From Lama guanicoe (taxonomy: Eukaryota), in contig MU053557.1 in the NCBI GenBank assembly GCA_013239625.1, forward strand, positions 1,619,063 through 1,683,062: a DNA stretch of 64,000 nt, given 5' to 3'. A model generated the notes under the pieces. That model was not told where the DNA came from and searched no databases. It worked only from the letters and a program-made list of their open reading frames with translations. The position numbers and the translations under genes were made by a program. The stretch's first letter is position 1. Each line of letters starts with the position of its first letter. Shown piece after piece: positions 41,106 through 53,894 of the stretch.

Positions 41106-41765
41106 AAATGTTTTATCTGTCCCTATCAGAACATGTGGAGTAGACATTTAAAGGCACCCAGCTTCTCTTATTCATGTTTCTGGTTCATTTGCTCCCAATT
41201 CAGAGACAACATACACAGTCTTCCTAAAATGCAAGAATTGACTTCAGCATCTCAAGGATGTGAGCCAGAGGAGAAATGAGCAGGGAGCCTGGGGCTTGGG
41301 GAAGATGGCTGGCCTGGGAGGATCAGCTAAGCAAGATTTTAGAGCAGTATCATCTGATGTCATCCTGTGGGAAGGCATCAACTTGTTCTTTGGTCCTTTT
41401 GGAAACTAAGATTTGTTTATCCACTTTGGAAGTGATAGTGCATCATTCGAATACTGGCCTTAATGAGTCCAAATTCTTAGTTGCAATCTGTGGAAAAGCT
41501 TAAATGAGGGTCACTCTGTCAAGGTCGAACGCTAGAATTCAGTTATTTTAACAAAAAGGGTCCATGCAAGAGATTGGAGATAGGGCAGGCAGAATCCATT
41601 CTGCACTGGAAAAATTAAGTGAATGTTGTAGGAAAATGGCTCTGAGTTTCTGTGATAGGGTTTGGCAACCCCAACAATGACAATGGCTATTTGTTGAATA
41701 TGTATGCTGAGCCAGGCATGGTGCTAAGCATGCTATATACAGGTTCTCATTAAATCCTGGCAACA

Positions 41766-42493
41766 CAAAACTACAATGAGGTATCACTTCACACCTGTCA
41801 GAATGTCACTATTAATCAGTCCACAAATGATAAATGCTGGAGAAGGTGTGGTGAAAAGGGAACCCTCCTACCCTGTTGGTGGGAATGTAATTTGGTACAG
41901 CCACTATGGAAAACAGTAAGGATATTCCTCAAAGAACTAAAAATACCATATGATCCAACAATCCCACTCCTGGGGCACATATCCAGAGAAAACTCTAACT
42001 GGAAAAGATACATTCACTCCAATGTTCATAGCAGCACTATTTACAATAGCCAAAACATGAAGCAACCTAAGTGTCCATTGACAGATGATTGGATAAAGAA
42101 GATGTGGTGTGTGTGTGTGTGTATTATATATATGTATATGTAAAGTGGAATACTACTTAGCCATAAAAAAGAATGAAATAATGCCACTTGCAGCAACATG
42201 GATGGATCTAGAGATGATCATACTAAGTAAAGTAAGTCTGACAGAGAAAACAGAATACTATATATTATTTACAGGTGGAATCTTAAAAAAATTACACAAA
42301 TGAACTTATTTATAATACAGAAACAGACTCATATAGAAAGTCCACTTATGGTTACAAAGGGCGGAAGGGGGATAAATTAGTTGTTTGGGATTTGCAGATA
42401 CAAACCACTGTAAAAGAGATAAACAACAAGGGAACTATATTTAACAGCACAGGGAACTATATTCAATATCTTATAATAACCTATAATGAAAAA

Positions 42494-42574
<81 letters not shown>

Positions 42575-42652
42575 TATATATAACTGCATGACTTCGCTAT
42601 ACACCAGAAAGTAACACAACATTGTAAATCAACTCTACTTCAGTTAAAAAAA
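41766..42652 (+). mobile_element. 5'-truncated LINE-1 with a perfect 14-bp TSD, inserted in a MIR
   Basis: TSD aaatcctggcaaca at 41752-41765 and 42651-42664; ORF2 motifs VQPLWKTV and [10 protein letters not shown]. Confidence 0.96.
42495..42581. repeat. Compound (TA)n(CA)n microsatellite in an L1 3'UTR
   Basis: Direct observation. Confidence 0.95.
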
Positions 42653-44357
42653 ATCCTGGCAACAGATTTATCATGTTGATCTTACAGGTTAAATACTTAT
42701 TCAACAGTTTATAAGTGGCAGAGATACAGAAATAAAACTACATTGCCCTGATTTCTCAAGCCCAGGCTCTCAACCACTCTTCGACAAGATGCTGTTATTT
42801 CTGCCCTGACATCCTAAGTGGCTTTTTAGAGAGACAGGGTCACTCAGGCTGCCCTGCACAACGGTGGAAAAGTTCACATGTCTGAACATCCATTATCTAG
42901 GCTTATCGGGACGGGGTTCATGGCCATTCTGCCTTTGCCTTTTGCCATCTCTGCTGAAATTGTACTAACTACCTGTGAAGTGCACAGTCATCATTGTATT
43001 GATCGTTTCCCAAGCCACTTCTGTTTGTCTGGAGAGAAACCCAGACCCTTTTGCTTCATTCTTCATCCCTCTTGCTTTTCGTCTTCAGAGCAACAGAACA
43101 CCACAAAGGAAATGCTGGTTTCTTCCTTTTACTATTGTAGAAATAGAGCATCTTGCCCAGAGTTCCTTACCTCACTTGTTAACCTTTCAGAATCAAGTGT
43201 CTTCACTGATAAATAGGAGGTAATATCCAACCCACAGAGGTAATATCCAACCTTGATGTGTCTGTAAAGTTCAGAGCACAAAGCAAGCATGCAATAGACT
43301 GTTGTCTCATTTCTAACCAGTTCTATTGCCCTGGGAAGTCATGTATAACCTGCGTGTCTCTGCACAAGGTATGAAATTTCTCCCAACATCACCCATCCAA
43401 GTGGGAAATATTATCACCCAACTCTAATCCTATTTTGAGGATTAAATGGGATAAGCACTGTACATAAAATAACTACACCAGTGACTGGCTCACACTCAGA
43501 AGTAAGTAATAATCTCCCCTGATAAGAATGCTGTCGACATGGCCTATCCACATAACTGCAAGAATTTGAAGTGTGGTATGTGAAAGCAACACCCTCCCTC
43601 TCCTTTTTTACCCCTTCTCCCAGCTCACTTCCCCCCAGATTCCTTAGGGAAATATTGAATATCAAATGGTAATTTTCCCTCTCCTTTCATGCTGCGTTTT
43701 AATAAGACAAGACAGCCCTACAATGGGCTTTATTCTCATTCTCCAAGTCACTGAGGGCTCCTGCCGGTGGCCTGCAGCAAGATGCTTCAGAGGAGGCTGC
43801 ATGTTGGCCTAGGTCTTATTCAAAATCACTGCCCATGAGATTCTCAGCTCTGGCTATATGCTTGACCGCTTTCCAGCACAGCATTTGATGCGAAAGGGAG
43901 GAAGAAAGAATCCCTCTCACCCACGGTTAAAAATAATTTCAGAGGGCTGGAGGCAAAGCGGAGGTGATGCCAGCTATCTCCTGGAACAGCTGATAAACTG
44001 GCAGTCTCCTGCAAGCCAATTTCATGCATTTTCTTTTCTATCTTTTTGCTTCCCCTATGCATTCTTTCTTCTGGACATGCTGGGGAAAGCCTCACAAATT
44101 AAACTAGAAAAACTCTGAGCATCCTGTCATCTCATCTCCAGCCTGAGGTTGTAGCTTCCCCTCTAAGTCTTCTGAGTCTACAACTGATGAGAAACGACCT
44201 GCTCCCTTCTGCTCAACCTTCAAGTGCCCAGTTTGGAGAACTTTAGCAGTTCCACACGAAATCTACCAGATCTGTCAAGAGGCAAGATGGTTCACAGATG
44301 CCTGGAAGCTGGGCAAAGAAGGCGGGCTGAGGTATGTGATGCAAGATACAGGCAAAC

Positions 44358-44376
44358 AACGCCACCAGGAGGCTGG
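44358..44376. promoter_or_regulatory. Candidate CTCF site
   Basis: CGCCACCAGGAGGCTG; the minus strand CCTCCTGGTGGCG is also close to the CCASYAGRKGGCR core. Confidence 0.35.
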
Positions 44377-44827
44377 AAACTGAAAGGGGATTTCAGCCAC
44401 ATTGCCCTTTGATGCACAGGAGTGGCGGGTTGAGCCTCTCACTGCTCTTCTGAAATCCAGCTCAGTGGAACTTGTCCCCGGCAGTAAGCAAACACATTGC
44501 GCCTGTCTTCACGGGAACACGGGGAGCTATTTCCCCTCTGCTCTTTGTGATGTGATTGTCCTTGAGAAATGCACATGCACAGGGTTAGTGGGGGCCAAAA
44601 GAGGCCAAAGAGTTCAAATGTTCTAATTAATAAATTACCACCACTGTGTGTTAATAGTGTGTCAGGTGTCACCTCTTTTAAACCTCACACTAGCCTATCA
44701 GCCCAGTCATTATGTTATCCTCATATCACATACTGGAAAATCAAGGAATGGATTATGCTCTAAAACATCTCGTTCAAAATCACAAAGCTAGTGGACCAGT
44801 TAGGAAAGTATCTATAAGGAATATAAA

Positions 44828-45420
44828 ATGTATTAGACAGTGACTCACACAAGAGGGGATTTTTGCTTTTTTTCTTTTAACTGTAATCAGTTACAATGCG
44901 TCAGTTTCTGGTGTAGAACATAATGTTTCAGTCATACATGTACATACTCACATTTTTCTCATATTTTCATTGTAGGTTACTACAAGATATTGAATATAGT
45001 TCTATGCTATATAGTAGGACCTTGTTTATCAATTTTATACACAGTAGTTAGTATCTGCAAATCTCTAACTCCCAATCACTCTTCTTATCTGACAGTGTGA
45101 AGGAGATAGCAACTCTGGCCATGGGTATCATGGTTCAGAAAGGATCACCTCTCTGTTGATTCCAGTGGCCTTCCTGTAAGTTGTAGAATGACTGCTTAAA
45201 CTCTGGGAAGGAAGCCTGTAATCCAGATGGCTGAGAGACGGCAAAGAACAATCCCAGCGTTTCTGTGATTTCTATGAGGAAAACAGTGTCTTCTCAGAAC
45301 CTTCTGAAGTCTCTGTCCCTCCCAACTCTAGTAGTGCCTCACCGGTCAGAAGTAAGTCACATGGCCACCCCCAACTGCAACGGAAGCCAAAAAATAAGTA
45401 TTTAGCCTTTTCAGCCTCTA
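44828..45420 (-). mobile_element. MLT1-type LTR interrupted by a minus-strand L1 3'UTR fragment (~44866-45076)
   Basis: tgtattag start and gtaagtcacatggccacccccaactgcaa end; L1 text ttactacaagatattgaatatagtt...tatctgcaaatctc. Confidence 0.7.
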
Positions 45421-45439
45421 TCATGGGGGCAAGCAAGAG

Positions 45440-45800
45440 AGCAATGATTCTGATTTGGACTAGGGTAGCAGTGGTGCCGATAATGGTGAGAAATAAACAG
45501 CCTCAAGAGATATTTGGGGGTAAAAATCACTAGACAGAGCTTGCTGACTGATTGCATGTAGGAGATGAGGGAGAAGAAGGAGTCAGGAATGAACCCTAGG
45601 TTTCTCCTCTGGTACATAGACTGAGACTGGGAGTCACAAAGGAAGAAAAGATTTTGGAGATGAGGGATCATGAGTGCACCTTTGGCCATGTTAAGACTGA
45701 AGTGTCTTTAAAATATTGGAGATGTTAGCAGTAAAATACAGAAATAAGAGAAGCTATCCAGGCTGGAGATAGAAGAGATTTAAATCTGTGTCTATCAATC
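45440..45800 (-). mobile_element. L2 LINE fragment
   Basis: ggactagggtagcagtgg...gagatatttgggggtaaaaatc...ggagtcaggaatgaacc...ttggccatgttaagactga. Confidence 0.8.
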
Positions 45801-45887
45801 ATTTTCATAAACTTGGGAAGTCCTACCTTTCTTTACTGATAGCTCTGCTCTCTTGAATTCTAGATGGTCAGGCAGGTGCAATTCTGT

Positions 45888-46079
45888 CTACCCTAGGGAC
45901 ACCTGGCAATGTCTGGAGACATTTTTGGTGTCACAGCTGGGAGGAGGGAGGAAGGGGTAGTGCTACTGGTATCTAGTGGGTAGAGGCCAGGGATGCTGTT
46001 AACCCTTTTACAATGCACAGGACAACCCCCTACAACAAAGATTTCTCTAGTGCAGACTGTCAGGGTCAGGAATCCTGCT
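45888..46079 (+). mobile_element. MER20 hAT-Charlie element (partial)
   Basis: ggcaatgtctggagacatttttgg...tgctactggtatctagtgggtagaggccagggatgctg...caatgcacaggacaaccccc. Confidence 0.9.
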
Positions 46080-48696
46080 CTAGACTCGCTTATGTCGTTA
46101 ATGCTCCTCTGGCCCACAAAATCCCCAAGTGTTCCATTTTTGTACTCCTCATACACCTCCTTCACACCTCTGATATTACTCTCATCTTTAAATTGCTTTC
46201 CAGAACCAGCACCCAGCACAAAGACGCTTCTGATGGTGATGCATGGAGACAAGTATTATTGCTGACTTAAGTTATGTTTAAAATCATTCCTGGTAACAGG
46301 AGCTCACATGGTTTATAACTTATAATTGAAGAGTCTCTTGAACATTAAGATCGTTCTAAAAGTTCTTATAAGTGAATTCAATTCCTAAGACACTGAATCT
46401 AAGAGGCATCTTGAATGTGTTGAAGATAACCTATAGGACAAGGTAAAAAGAATTGCTAATTTAGACATAATGTTTTACTCCGAGAAGTATCCTAGATTAC
46501 TGAGTAACCTAAATTGCTCTTTACTAGCAATGGAAGATCCTGGGGATGGACTTCTAATGAGAAACCTGCTGCTATATGAAACATGTCCCTAAGTTTTGAA
46601 GTTGTTGTGAAGAATAGCCACATACCCCATAAACCACTACTTGGTTTCCCTCTAATGGCCACTTTCTTGCACTTTCCTGATCATTCACTTAAGAACATTA
46701 ACTTGCTTTTCTTATAAAAGCCATAGAGTTGCTTCCAGTGAGGCTTTGTTAACCATATTAATTTCAGAGACACACTCTCAGGATAAATGAATTGAGTAGG
46801 AACACTTTTTAGCTTGAATCTAATCTAGTCTACATATGATTCTCAAGCCTGTCTGAATTCACAGGCTCTGATCCAACGATATGGAGAGCAGCAGACCATT
46901 AAAATTAATTTAAAGTGCTGAACCATTGCAAGACTGACTGATTTTTGTACTACAAAAAATTAAAACAGGAGGTGCTAGGTTAGCCTCTGCCCTGAAGAAT
47001 TAGCCTAAAATTACAATTGAAACATCTCAAATGAAACTGTTGTAAAACTCATTAAGGTATATATTAGGTTTCAAAATCATGCTTATGCCTCTTGTAATTT
47101 AAATACTGAGCTACTCTCATTTAGTGATAACTTGGTTCTCAGTAGTGAGTGAGGAGCAAGAATTCCAACCAATCTGAGCACCTGGTGAGAATCTGGAATA
47201 TCTCACAAGTGTAAAGCCATCTGAGAGCCTTTTTCCCCACTTTTGGGAGGAGGAAGTATCTGAAAAGGAAAAATGGTTTTCCAAAACCAAGACTATATTA
47301 TCTTTATTGTGTACTGCATTCTCCTTAATTGCTGGCATACAGGACAGGAAACTCACGTGGGCATTTACCCTGCAGCCTATTTGGCAGAAAGGTGGAACAT
47401 TCAGAGGCCTTTCATCCCAAGTGTTCAAAGTGATTTTGAAAGAAGCCATTCCAGTGTCTTCCGAACTGATGGTAAACGTAGGAAAAGAAGGAAACCATAT
47501 AAAAACATCAGAAACAAAGGAGTAAAATGAAAAACTTCTACCCTTGTCCTTGCCAAGTTCACCCTGGAGTACCCGTCAAGCCTCATCTTGTCCTTCTCTG
47601 TTCTTCCCACACAGGCCAGCCTTCTCCAGTCTCCCAACACAGAGAGCTCCACCTCACCTGCCCACCTGCAGTTCTCATCACTGCAACCTCTTCCCCCTTC
47701 ATCCAACCGGCTTCCTTTTGCCCACTGTATCCTTTTCTTGGGAACCTTCCCTGACATTTCACACCAGGTGAATTCCCAGAGTTGCGACCCTCCTTAGCAT
47801 GCTGAGCTTTCCATGATACGATGCAATCATAATTAATTAATAATATAAATGTGTTCTAATATCTTTCTCCTACTAGAATTTAAGTCTCAAGAAGATTGTC
47901 AGTTCTATATTAACATTTTATTCCTGGAAACTAGCACCATGCCTGAAACATAATACTCAATATCTGTTGAATAAATGAATACAAAGACAGACATTTTCTA
48001 TGACCATGTCCTCCCTTCGTTCATTTGTTTCTTCTCTGAGTATACAGAATTGAGCAGAGTTTACGTTAAAAATGGTCCCACCGGAGAGTCAGGCAAAAGA
48101 GATTCCTAGATATTTCCCACAGGGTATAATTAGGTAATGTGCATAGAGCTCCTAAGATGATGGGGAGGCAACAAATCTGAAGCCTTCACAGGTAAGGACA
48201 GTGTTTAATTCACAGAAATTCAAGATGAGAAAAGTTAGTCAGTTAATCCCAGGCCAGGGAGAAAGAACTGCCAGCTGCTGAGATTCAAGGCATTCTTGGT
48301 GGCATGTTTAAATGTCCCAACCATTTATTTATAATGAGGCACAGCAGGGAGCTAAAATGAACTTCCCTTATAATGCTTTGCCAGCATTTCGGCAAAAGAC
48401 TAGCCCAGCCTACTGCTAACTCTCAGCTATTGCCTGTCACACAGTTCCTGACACGGGGACAGCATGCTTACATCCCTCCAGGGGCCAGTTAATGCCGGGG
48501 AAGCTGACTGGGGAGGGGCACTGCAGCAAATTGGAGAGCACACACCTCGTCCAGAAGAGCAAATTCAAGTCAGCGGTAGCCAACGGCTGCCATGTTAAAA
48601 ATGGGGGCTCAGTGTGGCTCTGAAATCTCTGTTTTACGTAATTCTTTTTGGCCAGATGCCTTTGCAAAGGGTCTTGCACTAAAGCAACCACTCAAG

Positions 48697-48792
48697 TTCT
48701 TTTTTTTTTTTAAATAGAGGCACTGGGGATTAAACCGAGGACCTCATGCATGCTAAGCATGCACTCTACCACTGAGCCACACCAACCGCCCC
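48697..48792 (-). mobile_element. tRNA-Ala(AGC)-derived SINE (camelid Vic-1-type), nested in a MER102-like element (~48460-48897)
   Basis: Minus strand reads GTGTGGCTCAGTGGTAGAGTGCATGCTTAGCATGCATGAGGTCCTCGGTTTAATCCCCAGTGCCTC plus an A tail; A-box present, B-box degenerate. Confidence 0.85.
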
Positions 48793-49269
48793 TCACTATT
48801 TTAAAATGAAAGCCACCTTTAAAATCACTGCATGGTCCAAACAAAAGACCTCTCTGAAATGGATATGCCCGAGGACCATCAGTTTGCCAATTCTGCATTA
48901 CTGTCCCTCTCTTTGGTCTTCAAGGACCAAGGAATTGGCCATGATGAGAAACGCTGCCTGGGGCAGACCCAGGTACTAGGTAGAGCACAGCCTACACCAT
49001 AGTCACAGCCAGGTAGCATCTTTGGGCCCTAATTTCAAAGAAAACTGCTCTGCTACCCCATTACCAACACCTTCTCAATCTTTGCTTTCTTCCTCTGAAA
49101 ACCAGGTTGGTGACAGTCTTAATTTAAGACAAGGATGAAAAGCACCAGGTCTAACTTGTATTTAACCACACAAAGGTGCCCCACTGGAGAAAATGTCCAC
49201 CTCACTCAACTTACTCTCCTTCCAGTACAGCCTGTCTTTCCACCAGTGAAAAAAAACTGCCGTGCTGCT

Positions 49270-49770
49270 TTGGTTTACACTTCTTTTACTGTTCTCATGT
49301 GTTAAGACATTTTAAAAAATAACAAAAAACAGAATAGGACTTGTTCTCCCATAACCAAGAAGTAAAAACTGTTAAAATGTTGTCATATTTGCTTCAAGTC
49401 TTTAAGTAAATGAAATAAAACATCATAAATTAAAGTCAAATTTCTTTGGCTCAATTACTAGCCCCATCAACTTCCCTCTTCCTCAAGACCATGTCTTTGA
49501 ACTATACCTGTCAAGTCCTTTTTACGCTTTTGCAGGCATATATTTGTGTCAAACAGCATCTATATTACATTATTTTATGGGTTTTAATTAGCACAAATGT
49601 CATGACATTGTATATATCATTTTGCAATGTGTTTTTCTAGCCATCTGTGCATTTGAAATCTATCCATAGACAGAGGGACATACACACACAGAGGCAGGTT
49701 ATTCCTTTTAACACCTATATAGTACTCCTACACACAAATGTATCTCATTTTATTTCTTTCCTTTCCCAAA
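49270..49770 (-). mobile_element. Old L1M (L1ME-like) 3' fragment
   Basis: aactgttaaaatgttgtcatatttgcttcaag...ttgtatatatcattttgcaatgtg...gaaatctatccat. Confidence 0.55.
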
Positions 49771-51785
49771 TTATGGCATGTATACCCAAACACAATGTAG
49801 AATTTCCCACCAAAATTATCACTCTGCAAAAGAATTACTCACATGTGAAATGTTACAGAGTCTCATATGTGAATTACTCAGATGTGAGATGTTATGTTAC
49901 GGTACAATCTTTCAATCACTTGATTTAAAACCACACAACACTGGTGAAGAAGACACATTATTGAGAGAGAACTATGAAACGCTAGCTTCAGATGCTTACA
50001 GACGTCACATAATGGAGTATCTTTAAAAGGAAGAAGGAGGGGAGGAGGAAGAGGGTAGGGAGGAAAGAAAAAGAGAAATTTAACACAGTTCAGGTAATTA
50101 CTTATGAGTATAAGATCTAATCATTTCAAATGTCGTGTGCCATTATACATAAGCTCTTTAAAGACCACTTTAAATCAATAAAGTAATCGGTTATTCTGAG
50201 GAGAACAAATATATAACTACAGGACAAATGAACAAGCCAATTTTCCTAATATCAAAGCATATGGATTCCTGTAGTTGGGGTAAATTTTCCAGAGAAAACA
50301 TCACTGACTGACTCATCAATTATGGAGTATGATATGTCCTGGGACATTATTTCTTTGACTCAGAAAGTGGTTCTCTGCTGATGAGAATCCTGAGAGTCAA
50401 AGGCACATGTAAGAAGCTTAAGTCAAGCCATTTTCTGAAATCTGTAATTGGAGAAGTACAACACTTCTAAGTTGATATTTTATGTAATGTGTGATTTCAA
50501 ACACATCCGTTTAACATTTTAAGTCAATAGCTGACTATTTCTTTTACATTCCTAGAAGTTCATATATTCAGTTTGGCCCCAAACCTCTCTTTTAATCTTC
50601 TCAATGAAACAATGGGAGGCAGCCACTGTATATCTGGAATTGCCTTATTTAGGCACATGATACATTGTTTCTAATTCTTCCTTATTAAAAACAGTGTAGT
50701 GATGAACGTCTTGGTACATGTTTCCTCCTGCATGTGACCAATAATAAGAATTTCTCTGATGTATATGCCAAGAAGGAAATTGGCACATTACTGTCTTACT
50801 CTCTGTAATGTCTTTAGAATCCTGCGCTGCTTCTCAAAGGACTCTCTTTTCCAGGGATCAAAGAGCCACTGAGAAACAGGCTGAAATCCCAGGTCAGATC
50901 CTCCCAGAAGTCACTCTAATGAGGGAGCCCTTCACAGCAATGCCCGCTGTGCTGTGTGTGATAATCCTCCCCAGCTGACTCCCTCCCCACTCTTTGTGAA
51001 TTGGGGACCAGTCAAAGTCTCGATCTCAAAATGACATTCACAGGAATGGGTCACGGGTAAGCCACAGAGATTCTGCCATTTACCTTCAGTCCAAACCTAC
51101 AGAGCACACATCTCTCCTCGTTAGTATGGAGTTCAGATCCCTGAACAAGAATTAGGGCATGGCCTCTGGGCATTCCAACCACAGCACCTGAAGGTCTTGG
51201 CCATTTCCAGAGCGCAGAGAGGCCTCAATGGGACAGGAAGCCCTGGATGAAGGTAAACCTTTCCTCATCAAGCCAAAGAGTGAAACTAACTGAGGATTTG
51301 AGAAAGAGCGGAGGCCATCCCTAGGGGGGAGAAACAGCAGATCCAGAAGCAGAGAATAGAGGAAACGTGGCTCAGTTCTCCACATGGTCACTCTTTAAGT
51401 CAGCCCCTGGCTTAAGTGTAAGCTCAAAGGCTGACAGATTTCAAGTCCCAACGACTCCATTCAAGGCATCAGAACGCACATCAGCCCACAAAATTAGATC
51501 CTTCTGAATAAAGCCCAACTCCAAGGTTTCTGGAGTAACTCAGGACCAACCAGCTATTCAGGTTACAGTCATGGGATCTGAGCAGCAGTTCTACTCCTGG
51601 ATACTGTGGGGCAAGTTACTTAACCACCGAGCCTCAGTTTTCTCCTCTACAAAACAGGAATATAATGCCTGTCTCACAGGATTATTGTGAAGACTGCATG
51701 TCTCAATGCATGTATGTGACCTCTGTGATATAGGAAGTATTTGATACAACTTAGCTATTAAATGTTCCTCTTTTCATTTAAAAAG

Positions 51786-52368
51786 TAACCAAAGCCATCA
51801 ACAGATGACTGGATAAAGAAGTTGTGATATACATATAGAGATATAGATACAGATATAGATGTATACACACACACACACACACACATACACAATGGAATAC
51901 TACTCAACCATAAAAAATAAAATAAAATAATGTAATTTGCTGCAATATGGATGGTCCTAGAGATCATCATTCTAAGTGGAGAAAGTCAGAAAGAGAAAGA
52001 AAAATACCATATGATACCACTTATATGTGGAATCTAAAAAAAAAAAAAAGACAACAAACTTATTTACAAAACAGAAACAGACTCATAGATATAGAAAACA
52101 AACTTATAGTTACCGGGGGAAGGGTGTGGAAAGGGATAAACTGGGAGTTCAAGATTTGCAGATACTAATATATATAAAATAGATAAACACAAGTTTATAC
52201 TGTATAGCGCAGGGAACTATAGTCAATCTCTTGTAGTACCTTATGGTGAGAAGAATATGAAAATGAATATATGTGTGTTCCTATATGACTGAAGCATTGC
52301 GTGTACACTAGAAACTGACAGCATTGTAAACTGACTATACTTCAATAAAAATATATTAAATAAATAAT
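51786..52368 (+). mobile_element. 5'-truncated LINE-1 3' end
   Basis: ccatcaacagatgactggataaagaag...tgactatacttcaataaaa. Confidence 0.93.
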
Positions 52369-52374
52369 AAATGT

Positions 52375-52925
52375 AAGACACAAAGGGACCTATTTACAAA
52401 ACAGAAACAGACTTACATACCATAGAAAACAAACTTATGGTTACTAGTGGGAAGGGGGTGGGAAGGGATAAATTGAGAGTTTAAGATTTGCAGTTACTGA
52501 CTACTGTATATAAAATTGATAAACAACAAGTTTATATTGTATAGCACAGGGAGCTCTATTCAGTATCTTGTAGTAAACCATAACAAAAAAGACTCTGAAA
52601 TCCCAGACTGGGATTTCAAAATTGTAGAATAGATAAACAAGGTTATACTGTATAGCACAGGGAAATATACACAAAATCTTATGGTAGCTCACAGAGAAAA
52701 AAATGTGACAATGAGTGTGTATATGTCCATGTATGAGTGAAAAATTGTGCTGAACACTGGAATTTGACACAACATTGTAAAATGATTATAAATCAATAAA
52801 AAATGTTAAAAAAGACTTTGAAAACAAATATATGTATGTGTAAGTATGACTGAAACATTACACTGTATACCAGAAACTGACAACACTGCAAACTGACTAT
52901 ACATCAATTTAAAAAAGAAGAAAAA
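52375..52925 (+). mobile_element. Second L1 3'UTR, containing a nested younger L1 3' end (52601-52807)
   Basis: TSD aaaaaagact[c/t]tgaaa at 52585-52600 and 52808-52823; host 3'UTR resumes after the insert. Confidence 0.9.
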
Positions 52926-53220
52926 AACAGAACCAATACTAATTCTAATATGAGTATCAATACTACTTCTAACAATATTAGTCACTGAATATTTATTTTT
53001 CTATACCTATGTCAGGCTATGACCTAGGCTATGTCACCTCACTCAACTGTCACAAGCAGGGTGTGAGTATTATTTCATGTTCACTTTGGAAATGAGGAAA
53101 CCCAGACTTAGCAGGTTAAATAACTTGCCATAGGTTGACTGTGAGTGAGTGGCCTAACCCAAAACTGGATTCGGCCAATTCCAGATCCCTTTTCTTTGTT
53201 ACCTTTTTAATAAAAGTTTT

Positions 53221-53409
53221 AAACAAGTTTATTCTGTATAACACAGGGAACTATATTCAATATCTTGTAATAATCTTTAATGAAAAAAGAATATGAAAAT
53301 GAATATATGTATGTATATGCATGACTAAGACATTATGCTGTACACCAGAAATTGACACATTGTAACTGACTATATTTCATTAAAATCTTTTTTTTTAAAA
53401 GAAAAAAAA
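53221..53409 (+). mobile_element. Short L1 3'UTR fragment
   Basis: aaacaagtttattctgtataacacagggaactatattcaatatc...cagaaattgacacattgtaactgac. Confidence 0.9.
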
Positions 53410-53820
53410 TGTTTCATATGTTTAAGGTAGAAATGTGAGGATGTAATATACATATTCACAGTGAAATGATTACCACAGATGAGCTAACTATCATCTCCTC
53501 ACACAGTTACCCTTTTTGTGCGTAATAACACCCTAAGGCTACTCTCTTAGCAAATTTTCAGTAGTCAATACAGTATTAATAACTGTCATCACCTAGCTGT
53601 ACATTGTCTCTAGACTTACTCATCCTACATAACTTTGTAGCATTTGACCACGTTCCCAATTCCCCCACCTGGTAACCACCATTCTATTCTCTGCTTTTAT
53701 GTGTCCAAGCTTTGTTCAGGTTCCACACGTATGTGAGATCATGAAGATTTTTTTTTTCCTGTCTGTGTCTGGCTTACTTCACTGAGCATAATGTCTTCCA
53801 GGTTCATCCACGTTGTTACA
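53410..53820 (-). mobile_element. Older L1MA-type 3' end
   Basis: gtgaaatgattaccaca...tactctcttagcaaattt...ggtaaccaccattcta...ccaggttcatccacgttgt. Confidence 0.85.
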
Positions 53821-53881
53821 GACACAAAGCCCCTTCTTCCTCGGACGGACCACAGTGTCCAGCTCCTCCCACTGCAGGTCC

Positions 53882-53894
53882 GTTGCCGAGCAAC
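53882..53894. promoter_or_regulatory. Candidate RFX X-box
   Basis: GTTGCCGAGCAAC matches GTNRCC-N(0-3)-RGYAAC and lies in a CpG-enriched patch. Confidence 0.4.

Noticed and set aside
47478..47510. VGKEGNHIKT resembling the GKEGNH motif of the DAB-family PTB domain
   Set aside because: Only six residues match, the flanks do not align and there are no fitting splice sites. Treated as chance.
48716..48792. Functional tRNA-Ala(AGC) gene
   Set aside because: The B-box is degenerate (GGTTTAATCC), the 5' end is altered, there is an A tail, and it is nested in another transposon. This fits a tRNA-derived SINE.
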